Made by a program: the position numbers and the translations under genes. From Carpediemonas membranifera BICM (Eukaryota > Protista > Fornicata): a stretch of DNA of 64,000 bases. Under the pieces are notes generated by a model that saw only the letters and a list, made by a program, of their open reading frames with translations, was not told the DNA's origin and searched no databases. The stretch is from NCBI GenBank assembly GCA_019828565.1, contig JAHDYR010000067.1, positions 526,244 to 590,243 of the forward strand, read 5' to 3'. Each line of letters begins with the position of its first letter. Position 1 is the stretch's first letter. Shown piece by piece: positions 51,654-61,781 of this stretch.

Positions 51654-53302
51654 TTGAGGGGTTGGGTCGAAATCAACCGGGATGATGTCTTCCCGCCTTA
51701 TGGGTACCTCGCACTCGACCAGCTCAGCCACCCCATCTGACTCACCCACCACCTTGAACCACTGGCCGGTGGAGTCGCGGAATAATTGGATGCAATTGTC
51801 ATTGATCAATGTTCTATGGCATGCCATAGCCTCAAAGGGCACACAGATCTGGTCGTCGTGTTCGTTGTCGCACAAATGAGTGCGGCCCTCGGTCACCCAG
51901 ACCATCCGATCATAGTCACCCCAGAACCCCTTGACCCTCTCTGGGAACCGGAGCGGGGTGGGTGTGAGGCACTTGTAGTCCCTGCGTTTTCCAGGCAGCA
52001 GACCCGACTGGGCGATATGACGGGTTACCTTGCCAGCGAAGAGCAGCTGGCGGCCACCGAGGAAGACGTTGAATTCATCTGCAGAAGTGATGATCCGGTC
52101 GACCCCAAAGGGCAGATCGACGAAGCCAGACATCTCATCATCGTGCCCGAGCCCCAGCTGGCCACATTCGTTGCCCCCGCTGATCATCTGCCGATCGCCC
52201 ATGGAGAGGATGACAGTCGCGGTAAATAAACTTACCACATGCATGATGTGATCTGGGACAAAGCCAGATGGCACAGCGACTGGGTGGAAGCGGTGTCTGT
52301 TCTCCCGCTCGACACGGCCGGTAAACGATCTTGCCTCATATCCAGCCATGACAGTGTCGGCTGGGGTGAGGATGAACGTCTGACCGCTCATTATCGATAC
52401 ACCAGTCACCATCCCGTGCTTCTCCCAGGGGGCAGGCTGGCCTCGAGCTCGGCGATGTTGGGGCAGGAGGGGAAGTTGAGGCGGGTCGGGTCGACAAATT
52501 GATCAAATGCTGACCTGAACCCAAGCTGGCTACGTCCGTTAGTGCCCCAGCCCCACAGACCCTTGGGCGTCCTGGCGATGTGGGTGAAGCCGTTGCTGTT
52601 GCTATAGACCTCGAGGGCCCTGGGCATCCTGGCCCTGGTGAAGGCGGTGTGATAGTCCGAGTTAAACATGAAGAGGCGGCCCATGTACATGCGATGGTGG
52701 TAGCCATTGTAGCGTCCAGTGAACTGACAGCACTCGCCGTCCTTCTCTGCGACATTAAACGTGAAGAAGAACTTGCGGCAGAGGAACCAGAGGCACTTGG
52801 CCTCGGGGGCGAGAGCCTTGCGGATCTTGTCGTGTGTCTCGGTCCTGCGTGGCTCCTCCTCTTGAGCCTCCTTCAGCACATTGTCCTCGAGGTATGGGTT
52901 GGCCCCGCCACCCATGAGACACGCCCACACCGCGCCCTGGTTCAGCGTGTGCATGGCGACCGGGAGCTCCTCGCCATCCGCGAGCTCAACGTTCATTGAC
53001 AGCGGGGGGCCGCTGGTGAGGATCGAGCGGGCGCGGTCGAGGAGGGCTTGCGCGGTTGGTTTGAGAGGGGGGAGCTTGGAGAACGTGGCGAGGAGGGATT
53101 CGAGAGAAGGGGCGCTGGTTGGTGTAGAAGTGCCCTTGTCGTTGTGGATCGAGGGCATCTGCCCGTCGAAGTGCCTGGAGTAGGCGCACTGGATCAAGGA
53201 TGGGATGTCCCCGGAGATGGAGGCCGTCACAACAAGCGAGGCGCGATATGCGGTGATCAGCGCATCTCTTATGGCAGATGGCGAGGAACTAGCGCTGCTC
53301 AT
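51648..53302 (-). pseudogene. RCC1-like family copy I (frameshift in G-run ~52428, possibly a sequencing error)
   Basis: ORFs 52406-53302 and 51648-52412; G5 instead of G6 in CCAGGGGGGCAGG. Confidence 0.75.
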
Positions 53303-53790
53303 TGGTTTCAGCGCTCAGCTCGGTGGTGCCCAAATTCTGACTGCCGACTCGCCGACCGCCGACGCCAGCTGGGAGGTCGGGAGATGAGACGTGCAGCCTC
53401 ACTGGAGATGAGGCCTGACCACACCCGCGACACACTCCAACAGTGTCCCAGCTAACCCCACCTGGGTAGACCCACACGGCTCGAGAAACGCCTCACTCAG
53501 TCGACCACACAAGCGGACTGACAGTAGCATGGCTGGGCTGCAGGAGGTAGAATGAGGAGCTATGGCCTGTGTTCCGCCTACTCGAGGTGGTCGGGGATCA
53601 GGATCCTCTCGAGGCTAGTCCGCCCTCGTGTGAGAAGCGTGCTTCTGCTGATTGGACCAGATGAGAAATGGCCTGGACGAAGCGGAGCAGTGACCAGTCG
53701 TTGCCAGTCGACTTTCGACGCCAGTCTTGATGAAGGAACAATAATCGTGAAAATGCCCTGTCACGACAAGAACCTTGTACCTTCGACACA

Positions 53791-55290
53791 ATGAACAATC
53801 CCTGGTATCCAGTCCTTGGAATACCAGCAGAATTCTTTCTCAAAGAGAGAGACGAGGCTGTTTCCATGCTGACGAGGACTCTGGGCATCTCTGTCGTCGA
53901 TCTAGGCGAGGTACACTTCTTTGCAGCGCTCAAGCAAGCGCATGCAGTGCCAAATAGTTCATCTGAGCTCACGATGACCAATGTTATGTGCATCTTGAAA
54001 GACGGCGAAGAGCGCCACCACCTGAGCATCGGCGAGCCGCTCAATACGCTAACAGGCGCCGCCAGCATCCAAATATCGTGTTCAAACCTCCATGCTGGCT
54101 TTCATTCCCTCTGCAGAGTGGGAGATGGCGCGCTTTGGTCGACCCAAGGCAACGCTTGCCCTGGAGGCACCCTCGTCGCACAGGCAGAACTCCACCCTAG
54201 GCACGTTGACTGGCGACATAGAAGTGCTGAACACATGCATGGAACATGAGGAGATGATGTTCAAAGAGGCACCAACATGCCGCTTCTTCCACGGCGTTTC
54301 AGTCCTGTTCGCCAATGCCCCACAGTCAGCAGACGGCGAGATCCTCAGTGCATTCTTCACAGAACATCTCAAGTGTCGTGTGGCCAGTTGCTTCACCATG
54401 CCCGACCTGGCCGGGGCTGGGATCCTCATCTGCCACTCGCCGAGGACCTCGAGGCGTTGCTCGGCAACCTGCCACCTTTCCAAGGACGCAAGCTTTTTCT
54501 GATGCCTCTCGAGCACTTACGCGCCTTCCCGCCCTCTCTCCTCGTCAACGGAGTCCCCAAGGAGACCATACTCTCCTGTCCCGCCCTTCGCACTGAGCGG
54601 CAGGTCGCTGACTTCAAAGCCGAGGGTCTTGGTCTTGTTATCATGTATGACTCGGCCGAGACTGTCGAGTCAATCGAGCAAGACATGTTCTTCTCGCCCG
54701 AGCAGTTTACGGATGGGCAGCACTCACTCGCTGTCGATTTCTACAAGGGCACTCCTGAGGGCATGGTTGTCGCCCAAGACGTCGAATCCGTCCAGGACCC
54801 AGCCCCTGAACCAGAACTAGAGCCTGAGCCCGAGCCCGAGAGGACATACAGCTCACTCGCCCTCGACACCAGAGACGTCTACCTCCTCGACCGCGACTCG
54901 CTCCTGTTCACGACCCGCACCGAGTTCCCCCTCTACCGGGCCGACTCAAACACCAGGCCGACCCCCATTGGCGTGATGGCCCACACACTCGGCTGTATCC
55001 AGGCCGATGAGTACGTCACAGCCAAGGGGCCAGAGCGTCTCATGCCGTCGAGGATGCGGAACTATCAGTATAGCATGGCCGACATCGACGAGGACGGCAT
55101 GCTTGCGCACTTTCCCGAGGGCCACCTCGAAGGGTCAGTCCGCGTCCAGCAGCAGGACTGCCTCGTGGTAGTTTCCAAGCTCAGTAATAAGCACCATGGG
55201 GAGTGTATCGCGTGCCTCAACATGGCTAATGAGTACCGCGTCGGCGGGGGCTACAACACGGGCGCCCGGGCACAAGAGGAGGAGCTCATC
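53791..55290 (+). pseudogene. PARG-like gene copy 3, retaining the catalytic-loop signature, fused in frame to RCC1 fragment J
   Basis: HTLGCIQADEYVTAKG, VRVQQQDCLVVVSKL, CLNMANEYRVGGGYNTGARAQEEEL (GGG-X7-QEE). +1 (~54116) and -1 (~54431) indels relative to copies 1 and 2. Confidence 0.78.
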
Positions 55291-55689
55291 AACGTCTTCC
55301 TCGGTGGCCGCCAGCTTCTCTTCGCTGGTCGAGTTCCCCTCCATATTGCCCAGTCGGGTCTGCTGCCTGGAAAACGCAGGGACTACAAGTGCCTCACACC
55401 CACCCCGCTCCGGTTCCCAGAGAGGGTTAAGCGGTTCTGGGTCGATGATGGTCAGATCGTCTGGGTGACCGAGGGTGTCACCCACTATTACGAGGATGAG
55501 AATCGTACTATAGTCCCCATTGAGGCGATAGCGTTCAACAAATGCCCCCTCCGCTTCTGCGACTCCACCGGCCAGTGGTTCAAGGTGGTGGGTGAGTCAG
55601 ATGGGGTGGCTGAGCTGGTCGAGTGCGAGGTACCCATAAGGCGGGAAGACATCATTCCCGTCGATTTCGACCAAAGCCCTCAATCATAA
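55289..55689 (+). pseudogene. RCC1-like family copy J, 3' fragment
   Basis: Starts at (TC)AACGTCTTCCTCGGT (NVFLGGRQLLFAG) and ends PQS-TAAAC. Confidence 0.85.
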
Positions 55690-56142
55690 ACAAAAGTGCG
55701 GGCAAAATTGGTGCCTCTCGAGTTTCACATGAGCTCACGGGCACCCTGGAGTGCCGAGGCGCGGGCGAGACCCCAGCGGGACCGGGTCGCCGTGCTAAGA
55801 GGTTGAATCTGGTGTGAGTTTCGGATATGAATCGAGGTGATTCGATCCGGGAGAATCGATTGCGCAATCGACTGAAAATGGAGTCAGACCAAGAGAAATG
55901 GCGGAAGAGACCGCCGGACAGATAAGAGATAAATGTCCAACCCTCCTTGGGTAACAGTGTATATGTTGTGTGGCCAGCAAAATCTGGCCAATCATTTCAG
56001 TCAACGTCACCCGAGTCCACCGTGTCACATTCAAAGGCACGCATGTAGAGAGGGCCAACAGTGCATTTAATCGACACACTGGACAACGATATTGCACAGA
56101 TCGTTAAACTTCACGAAGCGCGGCAGTGAGTGCTCCTTGCAT

Positions 56143-56374
56143 GTCGATGATGGTCTGGGTGACCGAGGGCCGCAGCCATCTGTCTGACGACTACCGCCAG
56201 TGTACAGCCAGTGTCCCCATTGAGGCTACGGCATATGGCACGACAAGCAATGTCCCCTGTTTCCGCGACTCAGCCGGCCAGTGGTTTGAGGCGGCTGATG
56301 TGTCAGATGTCACGTGTGGGGTACCCGGTTGGTCGATGGAGATCTCACCAGTCGCCGTCGACCCAGCGTTTTAG
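56143..56374 (+). pseudogene. RCC1-like family copy K, short 3' fragment with a copy-A-type tail
   Basis: VWVTEGRSHLSDDYRQCTASVPIEATAYGTTSNVPC...GWSMEISPV is nearly identical to the 3' end of copy A, ~49 kb away. Confidence 0.85.
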
Positions 56375-56753
56375 TTATAAACCCTGTTAACATCTCGGAG
56401 GAAGATCAAGTGACTTCGTCGCGAGTGTGCTGACCGTGGGACGAGGTCCTCCCCCAGGAGTGGCTGGTCCCGGCTGGTCGGATGTAGATATGCAGCAGTA
56501 TGTAAATTACCTAAACTTCGTTTAGCGTGACTGGGCAGGCGACCTGTGGACGCAGGGCGGGGGCCTCGACTCAACGCGGGGACGACGAGCGACCGCCCGC
56601 ATTCCGTACGAACAACTAAAGACTGGGCCGGGCAGTGATCGTTGCCGTAATGCTGCCAAGCTCTATCACTTGAGACGTTCAATAATCATTCATCGCCCAA
56701 ACAATTGGGAGAAGTACACCAAGTTCACAAAGTCAGGAAACGACGTTACCACA

Positions 56754-58805
56754 ATGAGAGGTGGAAGGCAAGCAGGCATTAACTTAGGACTTCTGGCCTC
56801 GTCTAATATGTCTCTCAGTGGCCTTTCTCTTGAAGAAGAGTATCTGCAGCGCCATCTTGGGCAACTTCAGAAGACTTACGGCAGTGACGAGGATTCGCGG
56901 GACCATCACAGTTATTCGCATGACCAGCGTTCTTCCACTGCGTCTGGTTCTACCAAAGGCATGCAACGAAACCTTCCCACGTCCTCAATCATCCTTGCCG
57001 ACATCCGTGAGCGAGTTCCGCCCCAAACCTCGTCCGAACGCCACCTTCTCTCCGCAGCTACCGAACTACGAGAGATCCGTGAGTTCCACAAGTTCATTTC
57101 CGCCCGCCCGCGTGCCGTGCGTCTCCTCGCCGTCCGCCGCTTCTTCGAAGCATGGACCCCCTTCACCGTGGCTGATAGTACCCCATCCGCCTGCCATCCT
57201 CCCTCTCTGATCAAGTCCGGTATAGACGAGGATGCATCCCTCTCTTCCGAGTTAGAGAGCGGCGATGCTTGCGCAAGCGATAACGTCGACGTCGACGAAG
57301 AGATCGACACCCTCGGGATGGAAGACGCTGACTGGGCAAGGTCAAACATCATAGCCCGCTCAGAGGAGGTGCGCCAGGCCCGGGTGGCTGGCATCACCCG
57401 TCAGCGTATGCACCGGGCGCGGTTTGACCGGGAAGAGCAGAGGTACCATCGGGCACTCATCAAGGAGGACGAAGAGGGGCAGATGGGGCCTATTGGACTC
57501 GCCCATGACAGGTTGAGTGCAGTGCCCAAGAAGGTACGCACGCCTACCGCCGTACGTCCTCTACTCGAAGAGGAAGAGGATGAAACTTCGGGCGAGTCGG
57601 AAACACAGTCTAATCTCGAAGTGATGGAGGATCTGATCTCATTACTCGCATGCAAGGACAGTAGTGCTTTGGATTTTTATCTCAACCTCATCCCTCACCT
57701 GAAGTGCATCGATTCGGAGGAGGCTAGAGAAGAAGTACTCGCTTACGTGGCACATTTAGTCGGTGAGGAGCTAGGTACAATGCAGTCGTTCGCCACGGAG
57801 TCGGGCGCGGCTACGTTCTTTGCTAGTAACATGTCGCCCAACAAGGCCGGCACAGTACAGCAGAGACCTAGGGCAGAAGCCATCCCCACTGAGCCGCCCA
57901 GGACACCGGTGATCGCCCAGAGTGCGAATGGAACGCAGGACCAGTCATCAAGTGATCAAAAATCTGACTCAAAATCAGAGTCGAGAGCCGGGTCAGACCA
58001 GGATCCTGGGGCAGCAGACCTCGAGTTCGACACCGACGACACTGACACCGACACCGGTTCTGTGACCGACTGTGACAATGACTCGAACTCGGCGGTCAGC
58101 GACTCTTACCTGCCCACGGAGCTTGACTCGCAGGATGAGTCTGACGTGTCTTCTGCAGCCCGGTCGATCGATGCGGCCATTCGTCAAGGGTCTGCTCAAA
58201 TGATGCATTCAAAATCTGGACAATCTGAAGATGCGATTCTTGACCGCTCATATGACTATAGCGAAGATGCGGATGCCGTTTCAACCACTTCTGTCGACTC
58301 GGACGTCGAGTCTGACTTTTATATTTCGCGAACGGTGGATGATGTGATCAATTCCCTCATGACCTCGATCGCCCAGAGTCTCCCGACTCTGACCGAGTCA
58401 GGGCAGTTTTCCACCGGCTCTGCCGACCGACTTATAACTCTGATCTTCCCGGGTGAGGGTTCTTCTGATCTTATTGCCCACGTCCAAGCTAGCGTTCAGC
58501 GCCACATTGGTGCGATTCCCTTTAACTCTGACGCTCTTATTGCTGACGTTAGGTCTGCCTTCGAGTGCTACGGCAAGCAGTCGGCCAAGCCATTTGAGGG
58601 TGTGTTGGACCTTGAGGCCGACCAAGGGAATGTCGGGGAGGGCGGCCTGGGCGATGAGGAGGACAATGGCGGGTTCGCGGTGGTGAACATTCGCGACAGC
58701 GGGCTGGTTGTCCAGCAGGAATTTGGCATTGATGGGTTCAAGGAGGCGTTGCTGGAGCGACTTCCGGAGCCCGCGGAACTCTCAGACGACGTGCGTGTCG
58801 AGTGA
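56754..58805 (+). CDS. Hypothetical acidic/Ser-rich protein
   Basis: ~680-aa ORF with D/E/S low-complexity tracts; no family recognised; start 56754 or 56808. Confidence 0.65.
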   Translation: MRGGRQAGINLGLLASSNMSLSGLSLEEEYLQRHLGQLQKTYGSDEDSRDHHSYSHDQRSSTASGSTKGMQRNLPTSSIILADIRERVPPQTSSERHLLSAATELREIREFHKFISARPRAVRLLAVRRFFEAWTPFTVADSTPSACHPPSLIKSGIDEDASLSSELESGDACASDNVDVDEEIDTLGMEDADWARSNIIARSEEVRQARVAGITRQRMHRARFDREEQRYHRALIKEDEEGQMGPIGLAHDRLSAVPKKVRTPTAVRPLLEEEEDETSGESETQSNLEVMEDLISLLACKDSSALDFYLNLIPHLKCIDSEEAREEVLAYVAHLVGEELGTMQSFATESGAATFFASNMSPNKAGTVQQRPRAEAIPTEPPRTPVIAQSANGTQDQSSSDQKSDSKSESRAGSDQDPGAADLEFDTDDTDTDTGSVTDCDNDSNSAVSDSYLPTELDSQDESDVSSAARSIDAAIRQGSAQMMHSKSGQSEDAILDRSYDYSEDADAVSTTSVDSDVESDFYISRTVDDVINSLMTSIAQSLPTLTESGQFSTGSADRLITLIFPGEGSSDLIAHVQASVQRHIGAIPFNSDALIADVRSAFECYGKQSAKPFEGVLDLEADQGNVGEGGLGDEEDNGGFAVVNIRDSGLVVQQEFGIDGFKEALLERLPEPAELSDDVRVE

Positions 58806-59060
58806 GCCGCGGTTTGTAAAGATGCTGTTTATTGGCAGTGTCTCGTGTTTAGGGTGTCATGCGCGGGCAAGAAGCGGACGTCGGATCAGATTCGAGCCAT
58901 GCTGATGGTGGCAACTGTGCTGCTGGACAGAGCTCGACGCACAGCTGAAAGGGGCGGACAGGCAGGCCTACCACCGTCATACTCATGCCTCACATCCCTA
59001 CACCGCAGCTGGCGTCGGCGGTCGGCGAGTCGGCAACCACCGAGCTGAGCGCTGAGACCA

Positions 59061-60618
59061 ATGAGCAGCGCTAGTTCCTCGCCATCTGCCATCAGAGATG
59101 CGCTGATCACCGCATATCGCGCCTCGCTTGTTGCAACGGCCTCCATCTCTGGGGACATCCCATCCTTGATCCAGTGCGCCTACTCCAGGCACTTCAAGAA
59201 GCAGATGCCCTCGATCCACAACGCAGAGAGCACTGATACACCAGCGAGCGCCCCTTCTCTCGAATCCCTCCTCGCCACGCTCTCAGAGATCCCCCCTCTC
59301 AAACCAACCGCGCAAGCCCTCCTCGACCGCGCCCGCTCGATCCTCACCAGCGGCCCCCCGCTGTCCATGAACGTCGAGCTCGCGGATGGCGAGGAGCTCC
59401 CGGTCGCCATGCACACGCTGAACCAGGGCGCGGTGGGGGCGTGTCTGGTGGGCGGCGGGGCCAACCCCGACCTCGAGGACAGGGTGCTCTCACCCCCGAG
59501 GCCAAGTGCTCTGGTTCCTCTGCCGCAAGTTCTTCTTCACGCTGAACGTCGCCGAGAAGGACGGCGAGTTCTATCAGTTCACTGGACGCTACAATGGCTA
59601 CCACCACCGCATGTACATGGGCCGCCTCTTCATGCTCGACACTGACAAGCACACCGCCCTCACCAGGGCCAGGATGCCCAGGGCCCTCGAGGTCTACAGC
59701 GACTGGTTCACCCACATCGCCAGGACGCCCAAGGGTCTGTGGGGCTGGGGGCAGAACGGGTTTGGCCAGCTGGGGTTCGAGTCATTTGAGTTCAACGACC
59801 CGACCCGCCTCACCTTCCCCGCCTGCCCCAAGGTCGCCGAGCTCGAGGCCAGCCTGCCCCTCTGGGAGAAGCACAGGATGGTGACTGCTGTGTCGATAGA
59901 GGATTACCAGACGTTCATCCTCACCCCAGCCGACACTGTCATGGCTGGATATGAGGCAAGATGGTTTACCGGCCGTGTCGAGCGGGAGAACAGACACCGC
60001 TTCCACCCAGTCGCTGTGCCATCTGGCTTTGTCCCAGATCACATCATGCATGTGGTAAGTTTATTTACCGCGACTGTCATCCTCTCCATGGGCGATCGGC
60101 AGATGATCAGCGGGGGCAACGAATGTGGCCAGCTGGGGCTCGGGCACGATGATGAGATGTCTGGCTTCGTCGATCTGCCCTTTGGGGTCGACCGGATCAT
60201 CACTTCTGCAGATGAATTCACCGTCTTCCTCGGTGGCCGCCAGCTGCTCTTCGCTGGCAAAGTTCCCATCCATATCGCCCAGTCGGGCCTGCTGCCTGGA
60301 AAACGCAGGGACTACAAGTGCCTCACACCCACCCCGCTCCGGTTCCCAGAGAGGGTTAAGCGGTTCTGGGTCGATGATGGTCAGATCGTCTGGGTGACCG
60401 AGGGTGTCACCCACTATTACGAGGATGAGAATCGTACTATAGTCCCCATTGAGGCGACAGCGTTCAACAAATGCCCCCTCCGCTTCCGTGACTCAACTGG
60501 CCAGTGGTTCAAGGTGGTGGGTGAGTCAGATGGGGTGGCTGAGCTGGTCGAGTCCGAGGTGGCCGAATCGTGGGAAGACATCATTCCCGTCGATGTCGAC
60601 CAAAGCCCTCAATCATAA
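59061..60618 (+). pseudogene. RCC1-like family copy L (variable cassette deleted, plus frameshift ~59509)
   Basis: ~61-nt deletion relative to copy G between GCT trinucleotides, and the same GCCAAGTGCTCTGG 1-nt deletion as copy G. Confidence 0.8.
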
Positions 60619-60855
60619 ACTTCCTGACCTGTGCTGTGGACCGCACAACACCAAAACTGCCTTTGGAGTCAGATATGTGACACGGGGTTGAGCCACTCGG
60701 ATGATGTCAGCAGGCCGGACTGCAGTTCGTGGATGCCGGAGGAATGCCTTGGCGCGTCAAGGTGACAGAGAGACGAAGGAAGGCAGGTGTGTGCGGGGAA
60801 GGTCTGGAGGCAGCGCCCGGGTCGTTCGCAGGTTAAGGTTCAAAACGAACAAAAT

Positions 60856-61686
60856 ATGAAGGCAACCAAGACGCACGACATTGGCGAAACAGAGCTCATT
60901 TTGAACGGACCACCTACTGACGACGAGCTTTCGCTCGACTCTCGGCTGAATGATGCGCTGGAAACTGTCGTTATTACTGACAGAGAGGTTGAAAGCGTTG
61001 CTCCGATCCTTTCTCTCAAATTCCTCGAATCCTTGACTATCAATCGGTGTAATCTAACAGAATTGCCCCCAATGGAGCCGAGTCCTTCACTCGAATTCCT
61101 CAATCTCAATGAGAACGAGATCGACCTCAAATCTCTGAACCAAGCCATCGAATCGGGTCTCCTCGCCCACGTTCGAGTCCTAAACCTCGAACAGAACTTC
61201 TTCCCCGTTGTTCCCGCCATTTCCAACGCCGAAGCGATCACGGACCTCTCTCTGGCCTACAACAAGCTTACTGCGCTCAGTAGTCTGCCAAGAAACACAC
61301 TACAGCTTGACCTCAGCCATAACCAGCTGTATAATGCGGACCTGCTGCGGAGTCTGGTGCGTCTTCGTACCGTTTCTCTCTCTGACAACGAGCTCAGCTC
61401 CGTGCCCACCATCCCCCCATCGGTATGCACGCTGGACCTCTCTAACAATCAGCTGGCCTCAACTACAGACCTCAGGCTTCTCGCAGAGATGCCCATGCTT
61501 CGTACCCTTGATGTTCGAGGCAACCCTCTTTGCCAAGAAAAGGACTATCGTCTCGCCGTCATTTACCATCTACAGGGGATCGGGGAGCTTGACGGGGAGG
61601 CTGTGTCGGTGGAGGACAGAGTAGCTGCCATTAACATGTTTGAAAGGGTCATGGCACATGATCTGGCGGCGACGGCGGTGTATTGA
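60856..61686 (+). CDS. Leucine-rich repeat protein with LRRcap
   Basis: LxxLxLxxN repeats (LEFLNLNENEI, LDLSHNQL, LDLSNNQL) and the cap LDVRGNPLCQEKDYRLAVIYHLQGIGELDG. Confidence 0.88.
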   Translation: MKATKTHDIGETELILNGPPTDDELSLDSRLNDALETVVITDREVESVAPILSLKFLESLTINRCNLTELPPMEPSPSLEFLNLNENEIDLKSLNQAIESGLLAHVRVLNLEQNFFPVVPAISNAEAITDLSLAYNKLTALSSLPRNTLQLDLSHNQLYNADLLRSLVRLRTVSLSDNELSSVPTIPPSVCTLDLSNNQLASTTDLRLLAEMPMLRTLDVRGNPLCQEKDYRLAVIYHLQGIGELDGEAVSVEDRVAAINMFERVMAHDLAATAVY

Positions 61687-61781
61687 GGCAGATCATAGAT
61701 GCTTGTAAACTGCGGGGTTGCCGAGCTGGAAGTGATGAGTATTTGTATGTCGTATATTCAGTTTATGGGCATCCACGTCCC

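Larger units (their letters stand above)
44551..55204. repeat. Tandem triplication of a ~3.55-kb unit (RCC1-like gene on - strand, shared spacer, PARG-like gene on + strand)
   Basis: Units start at 44551, 48092 and 51646; RCC1 ATGs at 46186/49728/53302; PARG-like ATGs at 46675/50217/53791. Confidence 0.93.

Noticed and set aside
55856-55871. 16-bp palindrome TCGATTGCGCAATCGA
   Set aside because: Isolated; about one of this length is expected by chance in 64 kb.
6741-60618. Diversity-generating retroelement or DNA transposon explanation for the RCC1 family
   Set aside because: No reverse transcriptase, transposase, terminal inverted repeats or target-site duplications were seen; variation is block-wise with indels rather than adenine-specific.
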